A stretch of 64,000 nucleotides of DNA from Callorhinchus milii (lineage: Eukaryota). The notes under the pieces are model-generated. The model saw nothing but the letters and a program-made list of their open reading frames with translations. It did no database searches and was not told the origin of the DNA. Positions 25,311 to 36,420 of the stretch are shown piece by piece (position 1 is the first letter of the stretch; the number at the start of each line of letters is the position of its first letter). The stretch is from assembly GCF_018977255.1 (NCBI RefSeq), contig NW_024704742.1, forward strand, positions 14,944,001 through 15,008,000, in the 5' to 3' direction. The translations under genes were made by a program, and so were the position numbers.

Positions 25311-26844
25311 CTATAAACATTGAGTGCCAGAGTCACTGAAGACTGAAACCTTTAATTAACTGCTGTAATTTCTTCTCACAAATCAAATATACAAAGACCC
25401 TGGGAGTTCAAGATGTTAAGAGGGGTGCGTTAAAGTGATAAAAAAAACAGTGCCAAGTGAAGTGAATCCATCGAATTGCTACAAGTGTTCTGTAGCTCCA
25501 GAGAACCTTGCTGGAGCTTTTGAGGGCTGTAAGCTCCAGGGAGCTCTGCATTTCAGCTGGGGAGAAGGAAATGTTGATCCACACAATAAACATCAGGGCA
25601 TTATGAGACCATTCAGAAAGCAGTCTGTACCAGGTTCTCCAAAGTAAAATGTTCATAAAGAGGTAAGCGGGATCTCTTTGGATCTGAACTAGCTCCAAAG
25701 TGACATGTTTGGAATATCGGAATCGAGCCAGCCCTCTGCGGCAGTTTCGATAGTCTGGTTCCTGAGCCAGGAGGGTCTGCCATACTCCAGGACATTGCTG
25801 ATGACAGCACAGCCAGCCTAGCTCGTTGCAGGACTTGGAAGGGCAGAGCAGTCATTTTGGGGAGGGAATCCTCTCACGCAGCTCCTATTACCTCTGCAAG
25901 CCAAAGCCCTAACTGGTAGGGTGATCCTAGCTGATCAAGCAGTGTGAAAATTTGCCAAACAATGGTAAGCTATGCAGTTTTATTTAGTTATACTCCAGCA
26001 GTACTCCAAAGCACACTCTGGCATCCCCAAGCCTTGACTCCTGCAAACCTATGTCTAATGCTTTCCGGAATTAGGTAAACAGGATGATTCCCTCCAGGGA
26101 GAGAGTGTGCATTCCATTACAACAATCTATCTCTGGGATTTCCACATATAGGTGGAATGCATGGAATACCTCAGAGACTACTGATAACTATTGACTGTTT
26201 TTGACAGGATTTTTGGTTGATGTGCTAATTATCAGCAGTGGTAATATTACCGTGATAATTATTACATCACATGATGCCTTTTCCCTTCATGTTGAATGGA
26301 ATGTGCACCCAATAAGGAGGGTAAAAAAAGAAGGTTGGCAAGAGCCAAAGCTTGGGGCCTCCAAAATGTGTGCCTGGGTACTAAAACCGCACAGCTTGTC
26401 ATTGAGAGCACTAACTGGCAAGCTTCCCACTGCCTGTTCACTAGGACCATCCCATGCATTACAGTTCTGACTTGCAAGAGCTGAGTGGGAAGAATCCCTA
26501 CCCCTAGTGACTGGGTGTGCTCTCCTAGTTCCTAGTCCTGCCGAACAGTCAGACTAGCTGGTCTGTCAGCAGCAGTGCTCTGTAGTACTGTGGACTTGGC
26601 TGACTCAGGAACTGGACTACCCGACAGGATCTCATCAACAATATCTTTGGCAGTTGAGGGTAATGTCTACGGAAGTACTACCTGGGATAGGAGACAGATG
26701 GAAAGGGCTTTTTGCTGGTTTGAGTTAGCTCATAAATAGCAGGTTAAAGGAATAGTAATGCAGTATTGTACAAATAACCTGTAAATATAGCACTGGAGAA
26801 TAAAATAAACAATTAAAAAAAAAGTTGCATTTAAGTTTACTCAC

Positions 26845-26901
26845 CACTGGGAGAATCTGATCGTTGGCATTTGCCACCTCAGACTGCTCTGGGCTGACCA
26901 C
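26845..26901 (-). CDS. Candidate 57-nt phase-0 exon, copy B (VVSPEQSEVANANDQILPV), gene unidentified
   Basis: cctaatatcaag|GTG...CCAGTG|gtgagt; 50/57 identical to 21530-21586 with no indels. Confidence 0.4.
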
Positions 26902-27239
26902 CTTGATATTAGGCAACCAAGTAAAGAGGTTTAACACGAAGGAAACAGTAGTACATTTTAATCAAAACGTTTTTGGAATGAAACAAATAGATAACCTGGC
27001 CATGAAATGAATTGGAGCTCATTGCAGCCAATTTCAAGCAAACTTTCAACTTAAAAGAAAATGAACTTCAAAAGTTTGTGGTTATGGGTGGAGCTCCCCA
27101 AAGCTTGCAGTGAGAGTGATCTGAGCAGAAAATTTGCATCTGGTAACATATAGCCATATTAGAGGGCCATAAATCTCATTGAGTCACGCCACTTCTTCAG
27201 ACATTTGGCTAAAAAATCTCAAATAAATAAATGAGTGTC

Positions 27240-27625
27240 TGCAGAAGCTGGAAATGTTCAAATTGGAGAAGTGAAGGCTTAGGGGAAATCCTATTAAGGT
27301 ATTCAAGGTTCTAAAAGGGATGGATAAGTTGAACTCTAATACTATGTTTACTTACCATAGAAAACAAATCTAGAACAAGAATACATGAACTTACGTTTAG
27401 AAGAGAGGAGGTGAGTAGATAGTTTAGCTTTCTTTGTTTAAATAAAGAGTGGTGAATGTGTTGAGTGGACTACTCAGGGAGGCTGTGGAAGCAGATTGAG
27501 TCAGCATATTCAGGAAGGAATTAAATAGCTATTTGGCCAACAAGTGGCATAAAAGATAGAATTTATGTTTGAATTATGTTGTTGTTTTGTGACCAACCAA
27601 ATAAACTGTAATGAACTTTTCTGGT
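27240..27625 (+). mobile_element. Old CR1 3' fragment
   Basis: Decayed LRG.LI.VFK.LKG.DK and RVVNV..GL..EAVEA..FRKEL motifs. Confidence 0.6.
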
Positions 27626-27909
27626 CCTGCACATTGCTATGTTCCTCTGTTGATCTGAGGGCCACTGCACAGATCTGCTGTTTGGCCTATGGTCATTAAA
27701 ATTATAGATGATAAGTTTAGGACGATAGTCCTACAGGCTGTGGGTCAGGACTTGGAACTCAGCGGAGGATGTGATTGGACAGTGGCAGGTTTTCTAATGT
27801 GAACTTCATGCATTTGCCTGGCATATGTTTGTCAAAAGGTCTCATTGCACCTTCAAATTGCACCTTAGCTATTGCAATAGTGAATAGCAACTGTGTTTCT
27901 TCCACAGTG

Positions 27910-29542
27910 GCTGAAGCCTAGAAATTATTTAATACTATATGTCAAACCAAGATACAGAAGACAACCAAATAGATTATAGGAAGTGCAGAAGAGAACTGAA
28001 AAAGGAAATAAGAGGGGCAAAAAGATTATACAAAAAAAGGATAGCGGGTAACATTAAAGGGAATTCTAAAATATTTTATAAACATATCAAGAAAAAAAGG
28101 TTAGTCAAAGGTAGGGGGGCGCCAATTAAGGACCAAGGCAGAAATCTTATTGTGGAGGCAGAGGGCAAGGCTTATGTACTGAATGAGTACTTTGCATCTG
28201 TCTTCACAAAAGAAGTGGATGCACCAAATGCTGCAGTATCGGAGGAGAGGGTAGAGGAAATGGATAGGATAAGTATAAACATAGAGGTAGTACTGAAAAG
28301 GTTGACTGGGGTGAAGGTAGATAAGTTGCTCGGTCCGGACGGGGTGCAGTCAAGGGTACTATGGGAGGCAAGGGTACAAATAGCGGAGGCTTTGGCTACA
28401 ATTTTTCAATCTTCATTGGACACAGGGTTGGTGCCAGAGGACTGGAGAGTGGCCAATGTGACTCCCCTGTACAAAAAGGGACAGAAGGACAAACCTGGGA
28501 ACTACAGGCCAGTCAGCCTAACATCAGTAGTGGGGAAACTCCTGGAGACTATAATCCGGGACAGAATAAATCTTCACTTAGAAGAATATGGGTTAATTAG
28601 GGACAGCCAACACGGATTTGTTAAAGGCAAATCTTGTTTAACAAATCTAATAGAATTTTTCGATGAGGTAACGGAGAAGGTGGATAAGGGTAGTGCAGTT
28701 GATGTAGTTTATATGGACTTTCAAAAGGCATTTGACAAAGTGCCACATGAAAGACTTGTAAGAAAGATAGAAGCCCATGGTATAAATGGACAGTGGCAGC
28801 ATGGATCCAGAACTGGCTGGGAGACAGAAAGCAGAGAGTTGTGGTGAATGGCTGCTTTTCTGACTGGAGGGAAGTGTACTGTGGTGTTCCCCAGAGATCG
28901 GTATTAGGACCACTGCTCTTCTTAATATACATAAATGATCTGGACTTGGTATAGCAAGTACCATTTCCAAGTTTGCAGACGACACAAAGTTAGGTAGGGT
29001 GGAAAACAGTGAGAAGGATAGCAGCCAACTACAGGAAGACATAGACAGAATGGTAAAATGGGCAGACACATGGCAGATGAATTTCAATGTGGAGAAATGC
29101 GAGGTAATGCATTTTGGTAGAAAGAATGAGGGGAGGCAATATAGGCTGGTAATACAATCTTAAGGGGTGTAAAAGAACTAAGAGACCTGGGGGTTCAGGT
29201 AAATTAGTTCTTGAAGGTGGCAGGACAGGTAGATAAAGCTGTAAAAAGGGCATATGGGATACTTGTCTTCATAAATAGGGGCATAGAGTACAAGGGTCAG
29301 GAGGTTATGATTAACCTATATAAAACATTGGTTAGGCCTCAGTTGGAATACTGTGCCCAGTTCTGGGATAACAACTTTTAAAAACGCAGTGAATGAGTAT
29401 TTGAGGAGAACAGATTTTCAGGGTTATGGGGAAAGGTCTGGGGAGTGGGTTTGACATTATATTGCTCTTTTCAAAGAGCTGGCACAGATTTGATGGGCCG
29501 AATGGCCTCTTTTTGTGCTGTACGATTCTATGATTCTATGAT
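27910..29542 (+). mobile_element. CR1 LINE, 5'-truncated ORF2 (RT domain) with frameshifts and an internal deletion
   Basis: ORF 27939-28847 (PEDWRVANVTPLYKKG, PGNYRPVSLTS, QHGFVKGKSCLTNL, YMDFQKAFDKVPH); downstream [13 protein letters not shown] and SKFADDTKLG; jump near 29375 to the C-terminus; (gattctat)n tail. Confidence 0.95.
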
Positions 29543-30003
29543 ATAAGACAGCTGGATCAACTAAGATGTGAGATTTGAAGAGTTAAATTAGAATGATCAT
29601 AGTTAAATAACATCCAAAATTCCTGTGAAAAGTAAACATGGATTTTTTGGGGAATATATTAGCTCCAGTGAATCCAGCCAGCAAAGTTATTGAAATGTCT
29701 ATCACTTTTGTTAAGAATCAAAAATTGAGTTATTTTGACAGCGACAAAACCACGTGTCTTAGGCCTTCTTTGAGCAATGTGTACTATGATGTTCTTGATG
29801 AGGGACTGCCGCAGAAGCTGGAAAAGTTATATTTGTTCAATTTAAGAAAATAAATCAGGACAACAATGATATGATCCAAATAATAATATATTTGTGATGA
29901 AATAAAGATACATATTTACATATATCGCTATCAACATAAGTAGTATCAGTGAGCTTTGTTGTCTATTCCTTCTTCCTAGCTCCGAACTGGTAACTTCTCT
30001 TTT

Positions 30004-30322
30004 AATAATAATAATAATCCTTGCATTTGATATAGCGCTTTTCATGTCGGGAGGACGTCCCAAAGCGCTTCACAGAACACACTGTAAAGTGAATTGACTG
30101 TATATTTGTGGGCGAACGCGGCAGCCAATTGCGCACAGCAATGTCCCACAAACAGTCGTGGATTGAAAATGACCAATTTATTATTGTTTTTTTTGTTTTG
30201 GAGGGATTATTATTAGGCGTGTGGAGTAAGGAAACTTGTCCAAGGTTTCGCCATGCCGGGAATCGAACTCAGGTCTCTGACTTGCAAAGCGAGTGCTCTA
30301 ACCACTGAGCTACAGGACTCCA
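30004..30322 (-). mobile_element. Full-length young SINE, probable TSD CTTTT
   Basis: Complete head-to-tail match to the 16724 copy; CTTTT at 29999-30003 and 30323-30327. Confidence 0.93.
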
Positions 30323-30339
30323 CTTTTGTGCTCACTTAC

Positions 30340-30360
30340 CTGACTTAATGCATCTGAAAC
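30340..30360 (-). CDS. Candidate 21-nt phase-0 micro-exon (VSDALSQ)
   Basis: cctgtttctactctttttcccgcgcacatag|GTTTCAGATGCATTAAGTCAG|gtaagtgag: long pyrimidine tract and perfect consensus donor. Confidence 0.4.
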
Positions 30361-30618
30361 CTATGTGCGCGGGAAAAAGAGTAGAAACAGGATGCAGACC
30401 TAGGAGGAGGCAAAAGTCCATGGTGTCACCCCTCATATCCCCATTCTCCCAGCCACATTTCTCACCCTCATTCCTCCTCAACTCTGCAATGTTGAGTGCA
30501 CCACTAAGTGTGGTCCCATCATTTACCTGTTTGGTGTGGTGTGGTGTGGTGCAATTGAATACTTGATGAGGTACTGGAATGTTATACTGTTACATCCCAT
30601 AGTAGCTGGCTAAGGCAT

Positions 30619-30994
30619 AATAATAATTCTTGCATTTGATATAGAGCCTTATCACGTCTTCGAGATGTTTCAAAGCATTTCACAGAATATATTACAAAGT
30701 GAATTGTCTGTATATTTTGTAGGCGAAACGCGGCAGCCAATTGCGCAAGGCAGTATCCCACAAACAGTCACGGATTGAAGTGACCAATTTATTGTTATTA
30801 TTATTTTTTGAAGGAATCATTACCCACTGAAAAAGCGATCCACCAATCGACTAATAACCAGGTTCCTACTTTCTGTTAGGTAAACAGAGACTGTGGAGTA
30901 AGGAAACTTGCTCAACATTTTGCCCTGCCGGGAATCGAATCCAGGTTCTCTCACTTGCAAGGCGAGTGCTCTAACCACTGAGCTAAAGGACTTC
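30619..30994 (-). mobile_element. Full-length SINE, long (older) form
   Basis: tRNA head, extra internal segment (ctctgtttacctaacagaaagtaggaacctggtt...), Deu-like core, tail loop TCGAA. Confidence 0.9.
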
Positions 30995-31155
30995 AAATGT
31001 TGGGACAGTGCCACAGGCCCCACAAAGACTGTGCTGGAAAGCCATTACATGTTCTGAACCGATCACAGCACCAATGTACGCAGCTTCTCAGCTTCTCTCA
31101 CCACATCCTACTTGTTCCACTGAAATACATTATTTGTGTGGTGCTGTTTCACATT

Positions 31156-31841
31156 GGAACATCGCCAGACTACGGCACTACCTCACCCCTCACGCTGCTG
31201 AAACTCTGGTCCACGCCTTTATCACCTCAAGGCTGGACTATGGGAACTCTCTCCTCGCCGGCCTTCCCGGCACCTCCCTCCACAAGCTGCAGGTCATTCA
31301 GAACTCTGCAGCTCATGTACTGTCCCGCACCAGGCTTCAGGACCACATCACTCCCACCCTCGCTCGCCTCCACTGGCTCCCCATCCCCCAGAGGATCGAA
31401 TTCAAGATCCTCATCCTCACCTACAAGGCCATTCACAGCCTTGCTCCCTCCTACCTCTCTGACCTACTATCCCCCTACTTACCTGCCCGTACCCTCCGTT
31501 CCTCTGGCTCCGGTCTGCTCCACATCCCCCGTCCCAACCGCCCTACAATCGGTGGCCGGGCCTTCAGCCTCTCAGCCCCTAGGCTCTGGAACTCTATCCC
31601 CCAGTGCCTTCGCCTTGCCTCCTCCCTTTCCTCCTTCAAGGCCGGTCTCAAGACCTTTCTCTTTGACTGTGCCTTCAGCTCCCCTCTCGACTCTCTACCC
31701 CCTCCTCGTTCTCTCCCTTCCCTCCCCTCACCCTGACCATTTCCCCCCTGCTCGGGTCCTGACCCAACTGTACAGCACCTTGGGATGTCCTCCCGACGTG
31801 AAAGGCGCTCTATAAATGGAATCTTGTTGTTGTTGTTGTTG
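31156..31841 (+). mobile_element. Young L2 LINE 3' fragment with uninterrupted ORF2 C-terminus
   Basis: NIARLRHYLTPHAAETLVHAFITSRLDYGNSLL...HITPTLARLHWLP...LWNSIPQCLRLASSLSSFKAGLKTFLF; stem-loop tail and (ttg)n. Confidence 0.95.
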
Positions 31842-34092
31842 AAATGGTGATGTGCGATTAAGTCAAATGAATGAGCACAAATGAGAAGACACCATTTGGT
31901 AGCTAGGAAGACACACCAAAGCTCACTGATAGGATACACATTGATGGGGATGTTTATATATATATATAAATATTTACCTATAGTTTACTATTTTTTAAGT
32001 GTATCAAGCTGGATAATGTGGTAGTCAGAAGTTTGTGGTTTCAAGTGGCATATCGTGACTTGGAATTCAAATAGTCTGGGCTGACTCTTCAATATATTGC
32101 TTGGAGTGTGCTGCATTGTTGGAGGTCCTTCGGATATTAAACCAAAGCCTTGTTGGTTTATGCTATGGGATTGTTGTTAGTTTCAGAAATGTTCTGCAGC
32201 ACATTTGGCCGCTCATGTCTGTACTACTTATTTTAAAGAGCAAATTTAGATTAAATTTGGACTAACACTCACAAACCACAGTTTCCTGCGTTGAGGTTTC
32301 GGCGCTAAAAGCTTTTCGAACACCACAGTTGTGATCTCTTCACAGTATCTATGTTTGGGACATAGATTTTCAACTCCTAAATGTTTCAATGAAGGCAATT
32401 TTAATCATTGATTTGTGATTCAATTATTCAATAACGTGTTGATTTCAAAATGTCCACCTTGATTAGTCTCTCAAATCATCTTGTTTTCCACTGCCAAAAA
32501 TGTGTTTTGCACAAAACTAATTATCATAGTCAGTTACATTGACATAAGAAAATCATGAAATTTGCCTCATTAATCTTTACTTATAGGGTTCAAAATTGAT
32601 TAATTAAAACACATTCCATTCTTTAATTGTTGGTGATGATACTTAAGCAATGGAATGTGTTTTAAAACACCACAATTCTGACCTTGCCGTGACCAAGCCA
32701 TGAAGCTATGCATTTTGAAAATTGAATAATGAAGAAATTCAATCTACTTTCCTTGAAGCAGTTAAAGAACAACAATTTACATTTATACAGCGCCTTTCAC
32801 ATCGGGAGTACATCTCAAAAACTGCCACACAACTAAAGGTGGATTATAAGTGACGTTGTAATATTTCTACTGATCGTTCTATCTCCATAACAGTTTTGCT
32901 AGGCTGGCCACATTTGAAAGATCTCCTCATGGTAACTTGATTTTGGTTGTTTCAAATTACACTTTCAATACTTCAGTGACAAAACGCAATATAATTGTTG
33001 AAAATTGACAAACTCTCCAACTGATCAAAGATCAAAAGGAGCTTTGAAATATAAGCCAAAGCGTGACTGTAACTATGTTTATATAGATCAATCCACATCT
33101 TTCCTATCAAACTTCATGAGAGATCCAAAGGGATCATCAGTTTCTGTATTTTGGCTTCAATTTAGTTTGATGTGCTGCAGTTTTGGCTCGGTTTAGCTAA
33201 CTCATTTGAAATTTTCTGCATATTCTGTTTGCATATTTAATTGCTTATATCTTGCACAATTAGTGAATTTCCTTTTGAAGACAAAGCCCTGGATCATTAA
33301 GTACAAGCTAGTCAAGCTCCTTATGTAGGTTCTTAATATTCTATCCAGGGGCCCAATTCTAATCAACAATTAAAATAATCAGCCACGTCTCATTAAATCA
33401 GGCACAGGGTTAATTAACTCCATGTAGTAAATGATTCCGTTCACTCTATATCTCAATGCACAACATGTGTAGCTACATGAAAACCAAATGTTGGTGTGTG
33501 TTGGTGGAGACACACTGGCATAGTTGCTGTGGCAAGATTACAATCCTGCCCTCGGTGCAATAGCGACATAAGGAATTAGCAAAACAGTGACCGTGCTTAA
33601 GAAAAGAGCAGGATCAAAAGAGTTGTTTAAAGGAGTTGCAAGCAAATGCGTTGATTTGAGAAATAAAGATGCGTAAAAAGACTTGCCCTTGCTTTTGGAG
33701 AGAAGGATGAAGCCCAGCATTTTCATCCTGGTGAAAATGCTCACAAGAAAAACGGTGATTGAATCACAAAATGTTTTTAACAAAAGGAAGCCATTAGCCC
33801 ATTATGAAGAGCTATGAGATATCCTCTTGCAGTGAAAGGTGCTAAATAAATAAAAACTGCAATGTAGTGTATCATGTTCTATGAGTAAGCGACAGGGATA
33901 TGGGCAAAGGTAGATAAATCGGGCTGAAAGGTTTACTGCTAAAGGAGCCAGCAGAGACACGATGGACCAAATGGTCTTTTTCTGTGCTGTAAATTTTGAA
34001 GGTTCTAAGAATATATTGGTGTCTATGGTATCTATCATTTCTATCATTCACCTCCATCATTAACTTTCAACATAGCAGAAATCTTCATCTAT

Positions 34093-35850
34093 ACAACAAC
34101 AATAAAATTACATTTATATAGCGCCTTTCACGTCGGGAGGACATCCCAAGGCGGTGAACAGACAGAGTTTCAGACCCGAGCTGAGTGTAGAGGTTGGGGA
34201 GGGCGGAGGGCAGGTGGGGAAGCAGGGAAATCGAAAGCTCGGTCGAAGAGGAGGGTCTTGAGATGGGTCTTGAAGGAGGCAAGGGAGGGGACGAGACGGA
34301 GGGACTGTGGGATGGCGTTCCAGAGGGTGGGTGCAGCGTAGCGATAGTGGGGCAAGCAAGGCAGGAACATGAAGTAGGCTGGAGCCCGCTGAGCGGAGGG
34401 AATGAACAGGAAGGTACGAGGTTAGGAGGTCGGAGAGATAGGGATGAGCAAGACCATGGAGGGATTTGAAGGTGAGGACCAGGATCTTGAACTGTATCCT
34501 CTGTGTGATGGGAAGTCAATGGAGTTGGGCAAGGATGGGGGTGATAGGGCCACGGAGCCTGGTGCGGGAGAGGACACGGGCTGCAGAGTTCTGGATGATC
34601 TGCAGCCTGTGGAGGGAGGGGTTGTGGGAGGCCGACAAGCAGTGAGTTTGCATAGTCGAGCCTCAATGTCATGAAAGCGTGAATGAGGGCTTCGGGGGTC
34701 TGCGGTGTAAGACAGTGTCGGAGGCGAGCGAAGTTGCGGAGGTGGGGGAAGGCAGAGTGGGTCATGGCGCAAATATGGGGTAGAAAGGATAGTTCAGGGT
34801 TGAACAAGACTCCAAAGTTCGGGATTGGCTTAGCAAGGTTGAGTGTGTAACTATGGACGGTGATACTGTCAGCGCCTAAGGTAAGGAGGCGCTGACGGGA
34901 GCCAATCAGGAGAGCCTTGGTCTTGTTGACGTTCAACTGAAGAAAGTTAGCTCTCATCCAGGACTTGATGTCTGACGGACATTCTGTCAGCACAGCAGTG
35001 GTCCTAGAGTCAAGGGTGGAGGTAGAGTTAGGTGTCATCTGCACACATGTGGAAGTTGACCCCATGTTTGCGGATGATGTCACCAAGAGGGAGCATATAG
35101 ATGAAAAGGAGGGGACCAAGGACAGAGCCCTGAGGAACGCCGCATGAGACAGTCCGGGGGCTAGAGGAGAAGCCATTTGAGGAGATGAAGTGCAGGCGGT
35201 GTGAGAGGTACGATCTGAACCAATCAAGGATAGCATCGAGTAGGTTGAGATAAGAAGAGAGGTGGTAGATGAGGATAGAGTGGTCGACGGTGTTGAAAGC
35301 AGCAGAGAGGTCAAGGAGGTTGAGGAGGCAGAGGGAGCCCTGGTCTCAGATGAACAGAATGTCATTTGAGAAGGGATTGGCGGGAGAGGAAGGAGCGAAG
35401 CTGAGAAGCAACAACTCGTTCCAGGACCTTGGAGAGGAAGGGGAGGTTAGAGGTGGAGCGGTAGTTAGGGAGTAAAGAAGGGTCCAGGGAGGGTTTTTTA
35501 AGGATAGGAATGATGACAGCATTTTTTTAAGGGGGGGGAACAGTACCAGAGGACAGGGAGAGGTTAACGATGTTAGTAAGTAGAGAGGCAAGGAGGTGGA
35601 GCTGGGAGGTAAGGAAGGGAGTAGGGATGGTATCCAGAGAGCAGGTAGTGGGTTTCATACGGGATCAAAGATGTGGCGGGAGGGATGTGTACGGGCTGGG
35701 GTGGGAGGAGATGGGGAAGGGGTAATAGTTGCAGTGGCAGAGGCAGCTGAATGGATTCCGTTGACTTTGGATTCGAGTAAGTCCAACATCGCCTCACAGT
35801 TGGCATTTGAGGTGAGGATGGGTGAGGCGTGAGAGGGTGGGTGAAGGAGT
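34093..35850 (-). mobile_element. L2 LINE fragment including RT domain, frameshifted and deleted
   Basis: [49 protein letters not shown] and RLDYANSLL motifs on the minus strand; same 3' stem-loop as the 31156 copy. Confidence 0.93.
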
Positions 35851-35944
35851 CAGTTCATGAACCTAGGGTTGTCCTTAGCCTCCAAGATTGTCTTGGAGTA
35901 GAACAATGATTTAGCGGAGGTGAGCTCTTCACAAGCTCCAGATC

Positions 35945-36420
35945 ATCAAGAACTCAACAGCTCACATTCTCTTCCACACTAAGCTCTGCGAACCCATCAT
36001 CTCCATCCTCTCCTGGCTCCATTGTATTCCTATCCCCCAGCAGACTGACTTAAAGATTTTTCACCTTACCTTCAAATGCCTCCGTGCCCTGGCCATATCC
36101 TAACTTTGTGATCTCCTGCAGTCCAACTCCTCCGTTCACCCCTCCACCCCAACATCTAATCTATGGCCTACTTCATGTCCCTCAGCTGCTCTGCCCCACC
36201 TTCAGTATGTGAATTTTCTGCAACTTTGCTCTTCGGATAGTCTACTACCTCGCTCCTTCCCTCTCTGTTTTCAAAACCCATCGAAAAATATATTTCTTCA
36301 ACCGCACCTTCAGCCACCTCCCTGTACTCCTATCTTCCTCCCAGCTTGAGGCTCCCTCCATCCTTGCAATACGCTTTAAGGCCATCTATGTGAAAGGCAC
36401 TGTACAAATACAAAATATTG
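35945..36420 (+). mobile_element. Old L2 3' fragment
   Basis: Decayed similarity to the L2 ORF2 C-terminus; tail gtgaaaggcactgtacaaat. Confidence 0.6.

Noticed and set aside
32651..32672. miR-1/206 gene
   Set aside because: Only the first 8 nt (TGGAATGT) match; the rest and its position in the hairpin do not fit.
34085..35365. 426-aa ORF as a novel protein (likewise 30997-31815)
   Set aside because: Mosaic of in-frame and off-frame translation of a decayed L2; C-rich L2 strands have few stop codons.
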